A stretch of 32,000 nucleotides of DNA from Candidatus Electronema halotolerans (GTDB lineage: Bacteria; Desulfobacterota; Desulfobulbia; Desulfobulbales; Desulfobulbaceae), in the NCBI GenBank assembly GCA_942493095.1, contig OW818675.1, positions 2,610,001 through 2,642,000 of the forward strand, in the 5' to 3' direction. The notes under the pieces are model-generated. The model ran no database searches and was not told the DNA's origin. It was given only the letters and a program-made list of their open reading frames with translations. The translations under genes and the position numbers were made by a program. Of this stretch, positions 6,615-16,409 are shown piece by piece. Position 1 is the stretch's first letter. Every line of letters begins with the position of its first letter.

Positions 6615-7664
6615 TCACGGTTTTCCGAATGCTTCGGCCAGTTCACTTACGGCCATCGCATAAAAATTGGAATGATTGTATTCGGTGATGGTCTGGAAAT
6701 TTGGATAACCTGCCACATAGCGGAACTTATGCCCTGACTGCTGCGGGTTCAGCTCCAGCTCGACAATCGACAGGTCCCGTCCGCCGGGTGACGGCGGAAT
6801 GTCAGCACGCTGCCGGTCCCGGACTGTCCGCCAAGCCACCCGGCCTTTGCGGCCCTTGTTCATCGCCGCAATCAGGCGTTTATCCTTCAGTTCATAGCCA
6901 AGGTCGGCATATATGGGCGTATCAAGCGTCCAGCCGTGCCGCTGAAGATAATGAGCAATCGAAGCCAGCGCGTCAGGAACTGAATTCCAGATATCACACT
7001 GTTTATTGCCATCAAAACTGACCGCATAGGAGCGGAACGAGGAAGGCATGAACTGCGCCTGGCCAAAGGCTCCCGCATAAGAGCCGTTGACTTGGCGGGG
7101 AGCAATGTCATTTTCCTTGCAAAGGGCGAGAAAATGGACGAGTTCCTTGCCAAAGAACTCAGAGCGTCTCGGATAGGCATCAAAAAGGGTGTTCAGGGTT
7201 TTGAAGATATTGAAATCACCCATGTTGGAACCATAGCGGGTTTCCACGGCCCAGATGGCGACAATGATCTCCCGGTCAACCCCGAATTTTTTTTCAATTC
7301 GGTCCAAGAGCTGTTTATGCTCCTTGAGTTTCCTCTTGCCGTTGAGAATGTTCTGCGGCGTGATGAAGAGGGGAAAATACTTGTAATACGGCTTGGCCTC
7401 CCAAGACCGGTCCATCAGCTCCAGCACCCGTTTGGAGATGGTCACGCCCTTGAAGAGCTGGTCCAGCTCCTGCCGACTGAAGCCGTGTTTCCGCTCCAAT
7501 TCCCGAAAAAGCTGCTTGTACTTGGACTGGCTGAGATCAATGACCTGGCCGTCCCGCACCAAATCAGCGGCCTTGGGCTTGGCGGAAGCGGCGGCAGGCA
7601 AGATCAGCAGGGCTGTCAGAAGAATAATGCTGGACAACAAAGAAAAACGAAGCAGTATGCGCAT
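6615..7664 (-). CDS. mltB: lytic murein transglycosylase (MltB/SLT_2 family)
   Basis: 349-aa ORF with a signal peptide. It has the catalytic-Glu motif WAVETRYG and GAFGQAQFMPSSF. Confidence 0.82.
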   Translation of the reverse strand: MRILLRFSLLSSIILLTALLILPAAASAKPKAADLVRDGQVIDLSQSKYKQLFRELERKHGFSRQELDQLFKGVTISKRVLELMDRSWEAKPYYKYFPLFITPQNILNGKRKLKEHKQLLDRIEKKFGVDREIIVAIWAVETRYGSNMGDFNIFKTLNTLFDAYPRRSEFFGKELVHFLALCKENDIAPRQVNGSYAGAFGQAQFMPSSFRSYAVSFDGNKQCDIWNSVPDALASIAHYLQRHGWTLDTPIYADLGYELKDKRLIAAMNKGRKGRVAWRTVRDRQRADIPPSPGGRDLSIVELELNPQQSGHKFRYVAGYPNFQTITEYNHSNFYAMAVSELAEAFGKP

Positions 7665-7684
7665 GATTGAAAAGATTGCTTAAC

Positions 7685-8653
7685 TCAGAAGAGTTGCTGT
7701 TTTTTGAACTGCTGACTGAAGGCTTGGATGAACGCATCCAATTGCGCTTCAGGCAGGGCATTGATGCCTGCTGCTGCTGCCCGTCCGCCGCCGCTGGGAA
7801 ACTGGCGGCAAAGCGTGTCTGCGCCGTTCCGATTCAGCAGGGGAGCGCGGACGCTGACCAAGAGCGAGCCGTCCTGGTTCTCAGTCAGCATGGCATGCGC
7901 CAGATCAGGCCGCTCATTGGCCACGGCATTGGCAAAAACCCCGGAAACCCGCCGCGCCCATGACTCAGGCGGCAGACGGAAAATCCGCCCGCTGCTGTCC
8001 TCGTGCAGCGGCGCGGCAGCCTTGGCTTGGTTCATGTCGTCCTGATACCCTTTCCGCAAGGTCTTCAGGGCAGGCGAATCCGCATGAAAGGCCAAGGGGT
8101 CGCTGTATAGCCGCACCTGTCTGTACAGCTCGGCAGGGTGGAAAAACAAGTCTGCCAAGGACGCGCCGTAGCCGTTGTAATTGAGAAGAATGCCAGTCTC
8201 TCGGAGCTGCTCCAGACCGGTCAGGCCCAGCTTTTGGGCTAGCTCACGGGCGGATTCATCCAAGTTGTCGCCATAAGCGCCGACTACGGCCCAAGGCGCA
8301 TATTTGTCCTCCAGCATCCAGTTGATGATCAACGAGGTGCAGAGCTGCGGCTCCGGGTCAATATGAACGGTGAGCTTATCATGATGCGGCACCTCGCCTG
8401 CAAAATGATGATCAACATATAATAACTTGTTGCCTTGGCTGAGAAGCTGCATCAGGCTGTCCCGGTTCTTTTCCAAGGAGATGTCCAGCACCGTGATGCT
8501 GCTGTCCTGCACAGTCTCAAGCTGCTGCAAGAGGCTAATATCCCGTTTCACCCCGCTGATCAGCCGCGCTTCCGGCTGCGGCTCATGCAGGCGGAGCTGA
8601 TGCAGGGCGCAGATGCCGTCCGCATCGCCGTTGAACACATCTATCCACTTCAT
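7685..8653 (-). CDS. DHH/DHHA1-family phosphoesterase
   Basis: 322-aa ORF. Motifs are DADGICA near the N-terminus, VDHH, and a C-terminal GGGRAAAAG (a variant of the DHHA1 GGGH motif). Confidence 0.7.
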   Translation of the reverse strand: MKWIDVFNGDADGICALHQLRLHEPQPEARLISGVKRDISLLQQLETVQDSSITVLDISLEKNRDSLMQLLSQGNKLLYVDHHFAGEVPHHDKLTVHIDPEPQLCTSLIINWMLEDKYAPWAVVGAYGDNLDESARELAQKLGLTGLEQLRETGILLNYNGYGASLADLFFHPAELYRQVRLYSDPLAFHADSPALKTLRKGYQDDMNQAKAAAPLHEDSSGRIFRLPPESWARRVSGVFANAVANERPDLAHAMLTENQDGSLLVSVRAPLLNRNGADTLCRQFPSGGGRAAAAGINALPEAQLDAFIQAFSQQFKKQQLF

Positions 8654-8656
8654 AGT

Positions 8657-11068
8657 TCACCTCCCCATCAGGTCCATGCCAAAATCCGCGCCAATATTGG
8701 CGAGCTGAAAGAGTATCGTGATCTGCTCGTTGTCCGGCGTGGTCTCCGCGCCCAGCTCCACAGACCAGCAGGCCGGGTGATAGATCAGGCGGAACCTTTC
8801 CTGCACTGTGACCGAGTCTTCCAAGGATTTTTCCAGCGAATACCCGGCGGAAACATTGTAAATCAGAGAAATCAGCGTGGAAAAACGGAGTGAATTAGTG
8901 TCCTCGCCCCAGTCGTTTTTATAGTACAGATAGTCAAACGAGAGACTGTCGCCCCGGCTGCTCCAGTAATCAGCTTCTGCAACATGCGAAACAAAGTCGC
9001 TGTCATAGACATCCCAGTCTGTGCTGTATTTGAGCATGATATTGCTCTTGGGATACCAGGCGGTTTCCAAATTCACAGGCAGGAATGGCTCGTCATCAGC
9101 CTCGCTGCGGAGATCATAGCTCTGCTGAAGTTTGATATAGCCGTAGTCCCGCTCAAACTCCTCGTTGTTCGCCTTGAGGCCGGAGATGGTGAAGAAGTTC
9201 CTGAGACCATAAGTGATCAGGTTCTGATTGGCAAAGCTGTCAACCGAATCAAACTGCGGCAGTTCCTGATCATCATCTGTGACATAGATGTATTTGACAA
9301 AAGGACGGAAGATATGACTCCAGCCGCTGTTCATACTGCCGAAATCCTTGCGCATCAAGGTGGAAATCTCGGTTTCAAAGCTGCCGAGAACGCGGTTCTC
9401 CGAGCTGCTGTCCTGCCATGCCTCGTCGCCATTGTCGTCAATCGAATACATGGTGTCCCGGACACCCACAGCGACCGAGGAGTCAAGATACTGCTTCAGC
9501 AGCGGCACTGCCGCTGTCACTTTCGGATACAGATCAATCCGCTGCGCGCCCACACCCTCCTCGCGCCAGTAATTGACATATTCTGTCTCCCAAGACAGCT
9601 CGGTTTTGATCGCATCATACAGTGACAAACGGCCATCATGCTGAATCTGCGGCAGCTTCCAAAGGGCGGTGGAATCCGCGTCGCCTGCGGCAAGATCATC
9701 AACCCCGACAATTTTTCCTTTCAGCGACAGGCCGTTGTCCCATGTGCGCAGTACTTTCAAACTGTTGGTGCGCTGATCCACGGTCCTGTCCTGTAGGCCC
9801 CGGCCAAATTGTTCAAGAAAATAGCGGTCGCTCATGGTCAGGCCGGTGCGGCCAAAATCAAACTCGCTCAGATAATCGCTGTCTGAGAGCGTGTCCAAAT
9901 CCAGCCGGGCCGTCCATTGGCCAAAATCTTGGTCCGCCTTGGCCCGCAGCCAGTAGCGGTTCTGGTCTGTGTAGGTGTATCTGCCTTCCGCATCTGCGTC
10001 GTCAGAGAGGAAGTTGGCCATCACAGCTCCTTTGTCTCCCTCAGTCAGCATGTAGCGGCCCTCAACCCCGGCCATGAAGCCCCGGTTGGTCAGGTAATGC
10101 GGATAGAGGGTGATGTCGCTGCTCGGTGACAGGTTGATGAAAAACGGCAGCTCCAAGCCAAAACCGTTTTTGTCTGAGATGGAGGCCAAAGGAAAAAGAA
10201 AGCCGGTCTGCCGGGTCCGCTTGGCAGGCAGAATCATGATCGGAGTGTAGAAAACCGGCACATCTTTGATGCGGAAAGTGGCGTGCTTGAGATAGGCATA
10301 GCCGCCGTCCGTGATGTCCGCTTCTGAAGCGGCAAAGCTCCACGGCGGCACTTCGCCATCCTTGAGCTTGCAGGTGATGATCCAGCCGTCCTCAATATGA
10401 TAGGTCAGATCACCGGTTTTCTCCAGCACCCGGCCTGCTAAGTGCATGTCCTTGTATTGGCGGATGATGGCCGCGTTATCAAAGGTGCCGGTCTCATCCT
10501 TGAGGCGGACAAAGCCGCCTTCAGCGACAAGCTGATCCGGGCCGATCTCAATAAAGACATGGCCGTCCATTTTGACGGTTTCCTTTTCCGTGTCATAGAG
10601 CATCCGGTCTGCCTTGATGGTGCTCATGACCTGGGACACGGTCACGGTCTCCCCTTCCTGGCCAGCATCTGCACTGCCATTTTCGCTGATCACCGGCACG
10701 GTCTTAGACATTGCCAGCGGGTCGTCAGCGTTCGGCTCCGCGCTGGCAGCGAAATCCGGTTCTGCTCCCGCATCAATGGCTGCAGCCTTGATTTCCGCTG
10801 TCGGCCCGGCCTCAGCACCCAAGAGATCACTCCAGCCGCTCTGCGCCTTTTCTTCCTGTTTGCTGCCAGTCGTCTTTTCAATTTTGGTCAGCACCACATT
10901 GCCCTCGGCAAGGATGCTGGGCGGATTTTCGTATCTGGTCATTTTATCCGCATGGATTTCCCACTCCAAGGCTTTGACAGACTCTGCCGCCGCATCTGCC
11001 GGAGGCAGGATGGCGGAGGCGCAGCAGGCAAGCGTAATGACCGGAAAAAGATATCTGGAAGAATGCAC
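8657..11068 (-). CDS. lptD: LPS-assembly outer-membrane protein LptD
   Basis: The ORF spans 8657-11173. I favour GTG 11068 as the start because AAGGAG lies 8 nt upstream and the product then begins with a signal peptide (VHSSRYLFPVITLACCASAILPPADA). It has an OstA-like N-domain and the large LptD barrel region (..LDTLSDSDYLSEF..). Confidence 0.85.
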   Translation of the reverse strand: MHSSRYLFPVITLACCASAILPPADAAAESVKALEWEIHADKMTRYENPPSILAEGNVVLTKIEKTTGSKQEEKAQSGWSDLLGAEAGPTAEIKAAAIDAGAEPDFAASAEPNADDPLAMSKTVPVISENGSADAGQEGETVTVSQVMSTIKADRMLYDTEKETVKMDGHVFIEIGPDQLVAEGGFVRLKDETGTFDNAAIIRQYKDMHLAGRVLEKTGDLTYHIEDGWIITCKLKDGEVPPWSFAASEADITDGGYAYLKHATFRIKDVPVFYTPIMILPAKRTRQTGFLFPLASISDKNGFGLELPFFINLSPSSDITLYPHYLTNRGFMAGVEGRYMLTEGDKGAVMANFLSDDADAEGRYTYTDQNRYWLRAKADQDFGQWTARLDLDTLSDSDYLSEFDFGRTGLTMSDRYFLEQFGRGLQDRTVDQRTNSLKVLRTWDNGLSLKGKIVGVDDLAAGDADSTALWKLPQIQHDGRLSLYDAIKTELSWETEYVNYWREEGVGAQRIDLYPKVTAAVPLLKQYLDSSVAVGVRDTMYSIDDNGDEAWQDSSSENRVLGSFETEISTLMRKDFGSMNSGWSHIFRPFVKYIYVTDDDQELPQFDSVDSFANQNLITYGLRNFFTISGLKANNEEFERDYGYIKLQQSYDLRSEADDEPFLPVNLETAWYPKSNIMLKYSTDWDVYDSDFVSHVAEADYWSSRGDSLSFDYLYYKNDWGEDTNSLRFSTLISLIYNVSAGYSLEKSLEDSVTVQERFRLIYHPACWSVELGAETTPDNEQITILFQLANIGADFGMDLMGR

Positions 11069-11267
11069 GAGACGCGCTCCTTGTTCCAAAGAGAAGAGAA
11101 TGATTATAAAATTCAGAAAAGGTTCAGTGTCAAACTTACGCTCCCGCATGGCATGTGTCAAGGGAAAAGGCACAGCCAGACTGCGCAGTTTGCTCTTGCG
11201 CCTGCTTACTGCGGTTGCAGATGAAGTTTGCGGACAGACAAAGCCGGGGCTGCTGGTGAACCGCAGC

Positions 11268-12959
11268 TCAAGCCACCCTAAAAACCTCCTCCAAAGTGGT
11301 CTTGCCTTCCAGCACCTTGTGCAGGCCGTCCTGCCGCAGGGTGCTCATCGGATATTCCGCATCAGCCACGGCAGCCCGCTTGATCTGCCCGGCATCCGAA
11401 GTGCTCAACATCAGGCTCTTGATATGCTCTGAGAGCACCATCAGCTCATAAATGCCCTGCCGCCCCTGATAGCCGGTGTGCAGGCATTCTTCGCAGCCCT
11501 TGCCCCGATAGAGCGTCGCATCATGGAATTCCTCCCACGGCAGATGCAGCTTTTCAATGTATTCTTTCGACGGCTTGTAGGCCTCCCGGCAATGCGGACA
11601 GATCCGCCGCACCAAGCGCTGGGCCATGATGGCGTTGACTGAAGAGGAGACCAGAAACGGCTCCACGCCCATGTCAATCAGGCGGGTGATCGCGCTGGCC
11701 GCGTCGTTGGTGTGCAGGGTGGAAAAGACTAAATGGCCGGTCAGGGCGGCCTGAATAGCCATTTCCGCCGTCTCCATGTCCCGAATTTCACCGACCAGAA
11801 TGATGTCCGGGTCCTGCCGGACGATAGTGCGCAGACCATTGGCAAAGGTCAGGTCAATCTTGGTGTTGACCTGCATCTGGCTGATGCCGTTGATCTGGTA
11901 CTCAATCGGGTCCTCCACCGTGATGATGTTGACATCCGGGGTGTTGAGCACGGTCAGGGCGGAATACAGGCTGGTGGTCTTGCCGCTGCCGGTCGGGCCG
12001 GTGACCAGAATGATGCCGTGCGGGGCCTTGATCAGCTGGAGCAGGGTCTGCAAATCTTTGGGAGCCATGCCGAGCTGCTCCAAGGAAAGCAGGACATTGG
12101 ATTTGTCCAACAGGCGCATGACGATCCGCTCGCCAAAGGCGGTGGGCAGGGAGGAGACGCGCAGATCAATGTTCTTGTCAGCAATGCGGATTTCAATCCT
12201 GCCGTCCTGGGGCAGCCGCCGCTCGGCAATGTCCATCTTGGCCATGATCTTGACCCTGGACATCAGCTTGGCCTGGACATGCTTGGGCGGAGTGAGCATG
12301 TCGTAGAGGATGCCATCGACCCGCTTGCGGATTTTGACCTTGTCCTTGAACGGCTCAATGTGGATGTCGCTGGCCCCTTCGCGGGCGGCTTGGGAGAGGA
12401 TCAGGTTGACCAATTTGATCACCGGCGCGTCGCTGGTGTCGTCAAGCAGGTCAGCGGTCTCCTCAATCGCGGAAAGAATCGCCTCTGGGTCGTCCTCGTT
12501 GATGTCTTGCAGAACTTGATCTGCCGCGCCTTTGCTGTCCCGGTCATAGGCCATGTTGATGGCCACAAGAATTTCATCGGCAGGGGCAAGGCAGGTCGTA
12601 ATGCCCTCAATATGCAGGACCCGCTGGAGGTCATCAAGCTGCTGAAAATAAATGGGATCAGACAGGGCAATAAAGGACTCGTCCGGGGTGGCCACCGGCA
12701 TCATCTTGAACTTGCGGAGAAAGCTGATCGGCACCTTGTCGGTGAAAAACGGGCTAGGATTGGGCGGCAGGGACATCCTGATCTCCAAGCCGAACTGCAT
12801 GCTCACCGCCCGCAGCAGCTCCTCTTCGGAAATCTTTTTCTGCTGCACCAGAATCCGGCCCAGCCGCCCGCCTTTTTCCTCCTGCACCTTGAGGGCCGCT
12901 GCTAAAGACTCCTCTTTCAGACCGAACGACTCGGTCAGTATTTCGCCAAGCTGTCTCAT
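11268..12959 (-). CDS. gspE: type II secretion ATPase GspE
   Basis: 563-aa ORF. It has Walker A GPTGSGKTT, the Asp/His boxes (ILVGEIRD, TGHLVFSTLHTNDA) and a tetracysteine motif CPHC...CEEC. Its N-terminal domain is of the T2SSE type. The ATG overlaps the gspD stop (ATGA). Confidence 0.93.
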   Translation of the reverse strand: MRQLGEILTESFGLKEESLAAALKVQEEKGGRLGRILVQQKKISEEELLRAVSMQFGLEIRMSLPPNPSPFFTDKVPISFLRKFKMMPVATPDESFIALSDPIYFQQLDDLQRVLHIEGITTCLAPADEILVAINMAYDRDSKGAADQVLQDINEDDPEAILSAIEETADLLDDTSDAPVIKLVNLILSQAAREGASDIHIEPFKDKVKIRKRVDGILYDMLTPPKHVQAKLMSRVKIMAKMDIAERRLPQDGRIEIRIADKNIDLRVSSLPTAFGERIVMRLLDKSNVLLSLEQLGMAPKDLQTLLQLIKAPHGIILVTGPTGSGKTTSLYSALTVLNTPDVNIITVEDPIEYQINGISQMQVNTKIDLTFANGLRTIVRQDPDIILVGEIRDMETAEMAIQAALTGHLVFSTLHTNDAASAITRLIDMGVEPFLVSSSVNAIMAQRLVRRICPHCREAYKPSKEYIEKLHLPWEEFHDATLYRGKGCEECLHTGYQGRQGIYELMVLSEHIKSLMLSTSDAGQIKRAAVADAEYPMSTLRQDGLHKVLEGKTTLEEVFRVA

Positions 12960-15448
12960 GGACGACCGGTTTTTTCCGCCTGCGCTTTCTTGGCCTCTTG
13001 CAGCACCGCCGCATCAGAGCCGGGCGCAGGCTCCTTGATCGGTTCGACCGTCTTCTGGGAAGTTGCTTTCTTCAGCGGCTCAACCAGCTTTTTCAGCGGT
13101 TCTTTCTGCTGTTCAGGTGCAGCAGACTTGCGCAGCCCGGTCTTCATCGCATCCCATTTCAGCCGCCGGATGCGGGCGCGGGCGGTCTGGAGCAGGAAGG
13201 CATCTGTCTCCTTGTCAGCCAGCTCCAGCACCTGCTGATAGGCCTCAATCGCCTGTTCGCTCTCGCCCTGCCGCTCCTGCGCGTCTGCCAAGTTGATCAG
13301 GGCGTAAGGATTTTCCGGCGCGTTTTTCAGGGCCTGTAGAAAATATTTCTCCGCCGCCTTGTACTCTTTGTCTTGCAGCTTGGCAAAGCCCTGGTCAAGG
13401 AGCAGATCAGCATGTTTCTGACTTTTGTCATGCCGCAGGAGTTTCTCTGGCACCGTGCCGCCTCCTTCCTTGACCTCCTCCATCTTGTCGCGCTTTTTGT
13501 AGTAAATGTCAGCCAATTCCGGCGAGCTGTCCACAATTCTGGGGGCGATGAAGATGAACATGTTGGTTTTCCGCTTGCTGCTCTCGTGCGTCTTGAAGAG
13601 CCAGCCCAGCACCGGCACGTCGCCGAGCAGCGGCACCTTGTAGTCGCCGGAAGTCGCGTCCTGACCAATCATGCCGCCGATCACGACAATGTCCTCGTTG
13701 TGGACCACCACGCTGGTGGCCGCGCTCCGCTTGTAGGTGGTGGGCGTGGCCACGCCAGCCTCGCTTTTCAGGCGGGTGACTTCCACCTCAATGTCCAAGC
13801 GGAGCAGGTTGGCCTGATTGATCTGCGGGGTGATCTTGAGGGTGGTGCCCACGTCCTTGTACTCATAGTTGGTGTAGTCCTGGGTGCTGCCGGTGGTGGA
13901 ACTGTTCTTGCTGGTGATGTAGGGCACATTCTCTCCCACCGTGATGCTGGCCTCCTTGTTGTCGGTGGTCAGAATCTGCGGCGTGGCAATGATATTGATA
14001 TCCGAGTCCTTCTGAAAGGCATTGACCACTGCGCCAAGATTGGGGAAATAGGTGCCGCCGATTTTGACTCCCTTTTTGAGAATGCCGAGCGTGGCTCCAG
14101 CAGCCATGCCTGTCGTGCCTTGGGCAATGCCGTTGATCAGGCCGAAACTGTTGTCCGTGAAGCCGGTGCCCAAGGTGCCGGTCTCATCATGGAAGCTGCC
14201 CAAGCCGCCCCATTCAGCCCCGATGTCAAACTGCTTGTCAATGGAAACCTCCATGATCAGGGCTTCGAGATAGACCATGCGTCTTGGTATGTCGAGCTGC
14301 TTGATGACCTTCTCCAGCAGCCGGTATTCGTCTTTGGACGAGGTGATGATCAGGGTGTTGGTTTCCGGGTCAGCCGTGATCTTGATGTCATCGGACAGCT
14401 CCACCGAAGAAGCAGTCGAGGCGGTCTCGCTCTCTGCCTGCCCGGCGGCGGTGTTTTTTTTGCTCTTGGCATCAGCAGGATTCTGCCGCACCACTTTGTT
14501 GTCGTCTGTCTTGCCGCTCTGTTTGGTCGGCAGATTAGTCAGCACCTTGACCAATTCCTCGGCATCAGCATGTTGGAGATAATAGACATGGATATTGCCG
14601 CCTTCTGTGGTCACTTCCACATCTAACTGGGCCAGCAGGCTGCGCAGCTTGTCAATGTCCTCTCTGGGCGCAAAGACGATCAGCGAGTTGGTGCGCTCGT
14701 CAGGAATGATTTTGACGGTGGCGGCCTGCGTCCGCGATGTCCTGCGTCTGACCGCCCGTGCCTGCGTGAAAAGCTGGCCTATGGATTTGCCAATGCTGGC
14801 GGCTGAGGCGTATTTCAGCGGAATGATCTCCAGTTCCTCATCTTCGGAAGGCACATCCACAGCCTCAATAATTTCCAGCAGCCGGTTGATGTTGGCCAGC
14901 GCATCGGTGATGACCAAGAGATTGGCATTGCTGTCCGCCAGCACCATGCTGGTTTTTGAGACCAAGGGCTGGATGAACTTTCTGATCTCCTCTGGGTCGG
15001 CATAGGCCAGCCGGATAATTCTGGTGACAAATCTATCATCAGCGCGGCGGCCCTCATCCTTGAGCACAGTGGGAATGCTTTTTGAGCGGGCCTGCACTGC
15101 CGGAACAATCTTGATCACTGAGCCGCTTGGCACGGTGGCGTAGCCATGCACCTCCAGCACGGATTCAAAGACCCGGTAGGCATCCTCAACCGAGATTTTA
15201 TCCGGGCAGATGATCGTCACCTTGCCTTTGACCGCCGGATCAACAATGAAGTTTTTCCCGGTCATCTCGCTGATCAAATTGATCAGGACATTGATGTCAA
15301 TATCAGGAAAGTTGATCTGGACAAACTGCTGCTTGGCCGGTGCAGTCTTGTCTGGAACAGGCGCGGCGGCCAAGAGCGACAGGCAGAGCAGCAGCATGGC
15401 CAGGACGGCAAGAGAACGGCAGAAGGTGGCAATATATTTCATAATCAA
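12956..15448 (-). CDS. gspD: type II secretion secretin GspD with a C-terminal TPR-containing extension
   Basis: 830-aa ORF with a signal peptide and N0/N1-like domains (INFPDIDINVLINLISEMTGKNFIVDP...). The secretin domain reads VPLLGDVPVLGWLFK....NMFIFIAPRIV. About 190 further residues follow, including TPR-like helices. Confidence 0.9.
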   Translation of the reverse strand: MIMKYIATFCRSLAVLAMLLLCLSLLAAAPVPDKTAPAKQQFVQINFPDIDINVLINLISEMTGKNFIVDPAVKGKVTIICPDKISVEDAYRVFESVLEVHGYATVPSGSVIKIVPAVQARSKSIPTVLKDEGRRADDRFVTRIIRLAYADPEEIRKFIQPLVSKTSMVLADSNANLLVITDALANINRLLEIIEAVDVPSEDEELEIIPLKYASAASIGKSIGQLFTQARAVRRRTSRTQAATVKIIPDERTNSLIVFAPREDIDKLRSLLAQLDVEVTTEGGNIHVYYLQHADAEELVKVLTNLPTKQSGKTDDNKVVRQNPADAKSKKNTAAGQAESETASTASSVELSDDIKITADPETNTLIITSSKDEYRLLEKVIKQLDIPRRMVYLEALIMEVSIDKQFDIGAEWGGLGSFHDETGTLGTGFTDNSFGLINGIAQGTTGMAAGATLGILKKGVKIGGTYFPNLGAVVNAFQKDSDINIIATPQILTTDNKEASITVGENVPYITSKNSSTTGSTQDYTNYEYKDVGTTLKITPQINQANLLRLDIEVEVTRLKSEAGVATPTTYKRSAATSVVVHNEDIVVIGGMIGQDATSGDYKVPLLGDVPVLGWLFKTHESSKRKTNMFIFIAPRIVDSSPELADIYYKKRDKMEEVKEGGGTVPEKLLRHDKSQKHADLLLDQGFAKLQDKEYKAAEKYFLQALKNAPENPYALINLADAQERQGESEQAIEAYQQVLELADKETDAFLLQTARARIRRLKWDAMKTGLRKSAAPEQQKEPLKKLVEPLKKATSQKTVEPIKEPAPGSDAAVLQEAKKAQAEKTGRP

Positions 15449-15503
15449 ATTCGCTTGATAAAAACAGATAAGCTGTTGGCGGAACAGAACCTGCTTCCGG
15501 TCA

Positions 15504-16409
15504 TTACATGGGCGGCAGCAGCGGCTCCTCGCCTTCCATATTTATGGGAAGTTCCGGCGCGCTGTCCTCAGCTTGGGGCTGTTCCAAACGCAGCACATCC
15601 GGCAGGTCGCCTGAAGGCTGCCCTATTTCCAAGCCCGGCAAATCCAGTGCGCTTTGGGGCTGCTCCAAACGCAGCTCTTCAGGCAGATTGTCTGAAGGCT
15701 GCTCGATCTCCAGTTCCGGCGGTTCGCCTGAAGGCTGCTCGATCTTCAGTTCCGGCAGGCTGATCCGCCGCCTGGGCCGTGTCGGCGGCCTGCGCTGGTT
15801 CATACGCCCAGTCCGTTCCTGAACAGGCGGAGGGATGAACCCTGCGGAAGGGGAGGAACTGGCGCTGCGGGTGAACGTTTTCTCGTTCGGCTTGGGCATT
15901 TCCAGCACTTCCAAGGCTCCGTTGACCTCCAAGGTGATCTTGTTCCAGTCAATGCTCTTGATCACCGCGCCCTGGACACCATCACCAACCCGGAGAAGAA
16001 GCTGCTTTCTGTTGCCAGCCACATTGTCAACCACAATTGCTCTGGCACTTTCCGGGCTGCCGGTCACAGTGCCTGCCAAGGTCAGATTAAGGCGGGTGGG
16101 CACGACTTCCGGCTCTGGCTCCGGTTCCGGCGGTTTCTGCACGACTGCGGCTGCTCCCCCTCCGGCCTGAAAAATATCCCGACGGACAATGATCTGAAAG
16201 TCCTGTCTTGGTGCGGCTGACGGCGCTGCAACTGGCTGCGGCTCCGCTGCCGGACTGACCGATTCGGCAGCGGCAGCTCCACGCTGGCTGGCAGTCAGCG
16301 GCACGCAGCTCATCTGCTGGAGTTCTTTTTCCAGATACTTGTAGCCAAAATGCACCGCAGCAGTCACTGCAATGAAGATCGCCGCCAATGTCGCCGCTGT
16401 CCGCATCAT
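15504..16409 (-). CDS. gspC: GspC-like T2SS inner-membrane protein (HR domain, no PDZ recognised)
   Basis: 301-aa ORF with an N-terminal TM helix and an HR-like segment (LNLTLAGTVTGSPESARAIVVDNV..QLLLRVGDGVQGAVIKSIDWNKITLEVNG). Its position directly upstream of gspD fits GspC. The C-terminus is a Pro/Glu repeat tail. Confidence 0.65.
   Translation of the reverse strand: MMRTAATLAAIFIAVTAAVHFGYKYLEKELQQMSCVPLTASQRGAAAAESVSPAAEPQPVAAPSAAPRQDFQIIVRRDIFQAGGGAAAVVQKPPEPEPEPEVVPTRLNLTLAGTVTGSPESARAIVVDNVAGNRKQLLLRVGDGVQGAVIKSIDWNKITLEVNGALEVLEMPKPNEKTFTRSASSSPSAGFIPPPVQERTGRMNQRRPPTRPRRRISLPELKIEQPSGEPPELEIEQPSDNLPEELRLEQPQSALDLPGLEIGQPSGDLPDVLRLEQPQAEDSAPELPINMEGEEPLLPPM
15552..15755 (-). repeat. 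in-frame tandem repeats inside gspC
   Basis: At the DNA level, CTGAAGGCTGC occurs 3 times and GGGGCTG(T/C)TCCAAACGCAGC occurs twice. At the protein level the units are PELKIEQPSGEP / PELEIEQPSDNL / PEELRLEQPQSALDL / PGLEIGQPSGDL / PDVLRLEQPQAEDSA. Confidence 0.8.
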
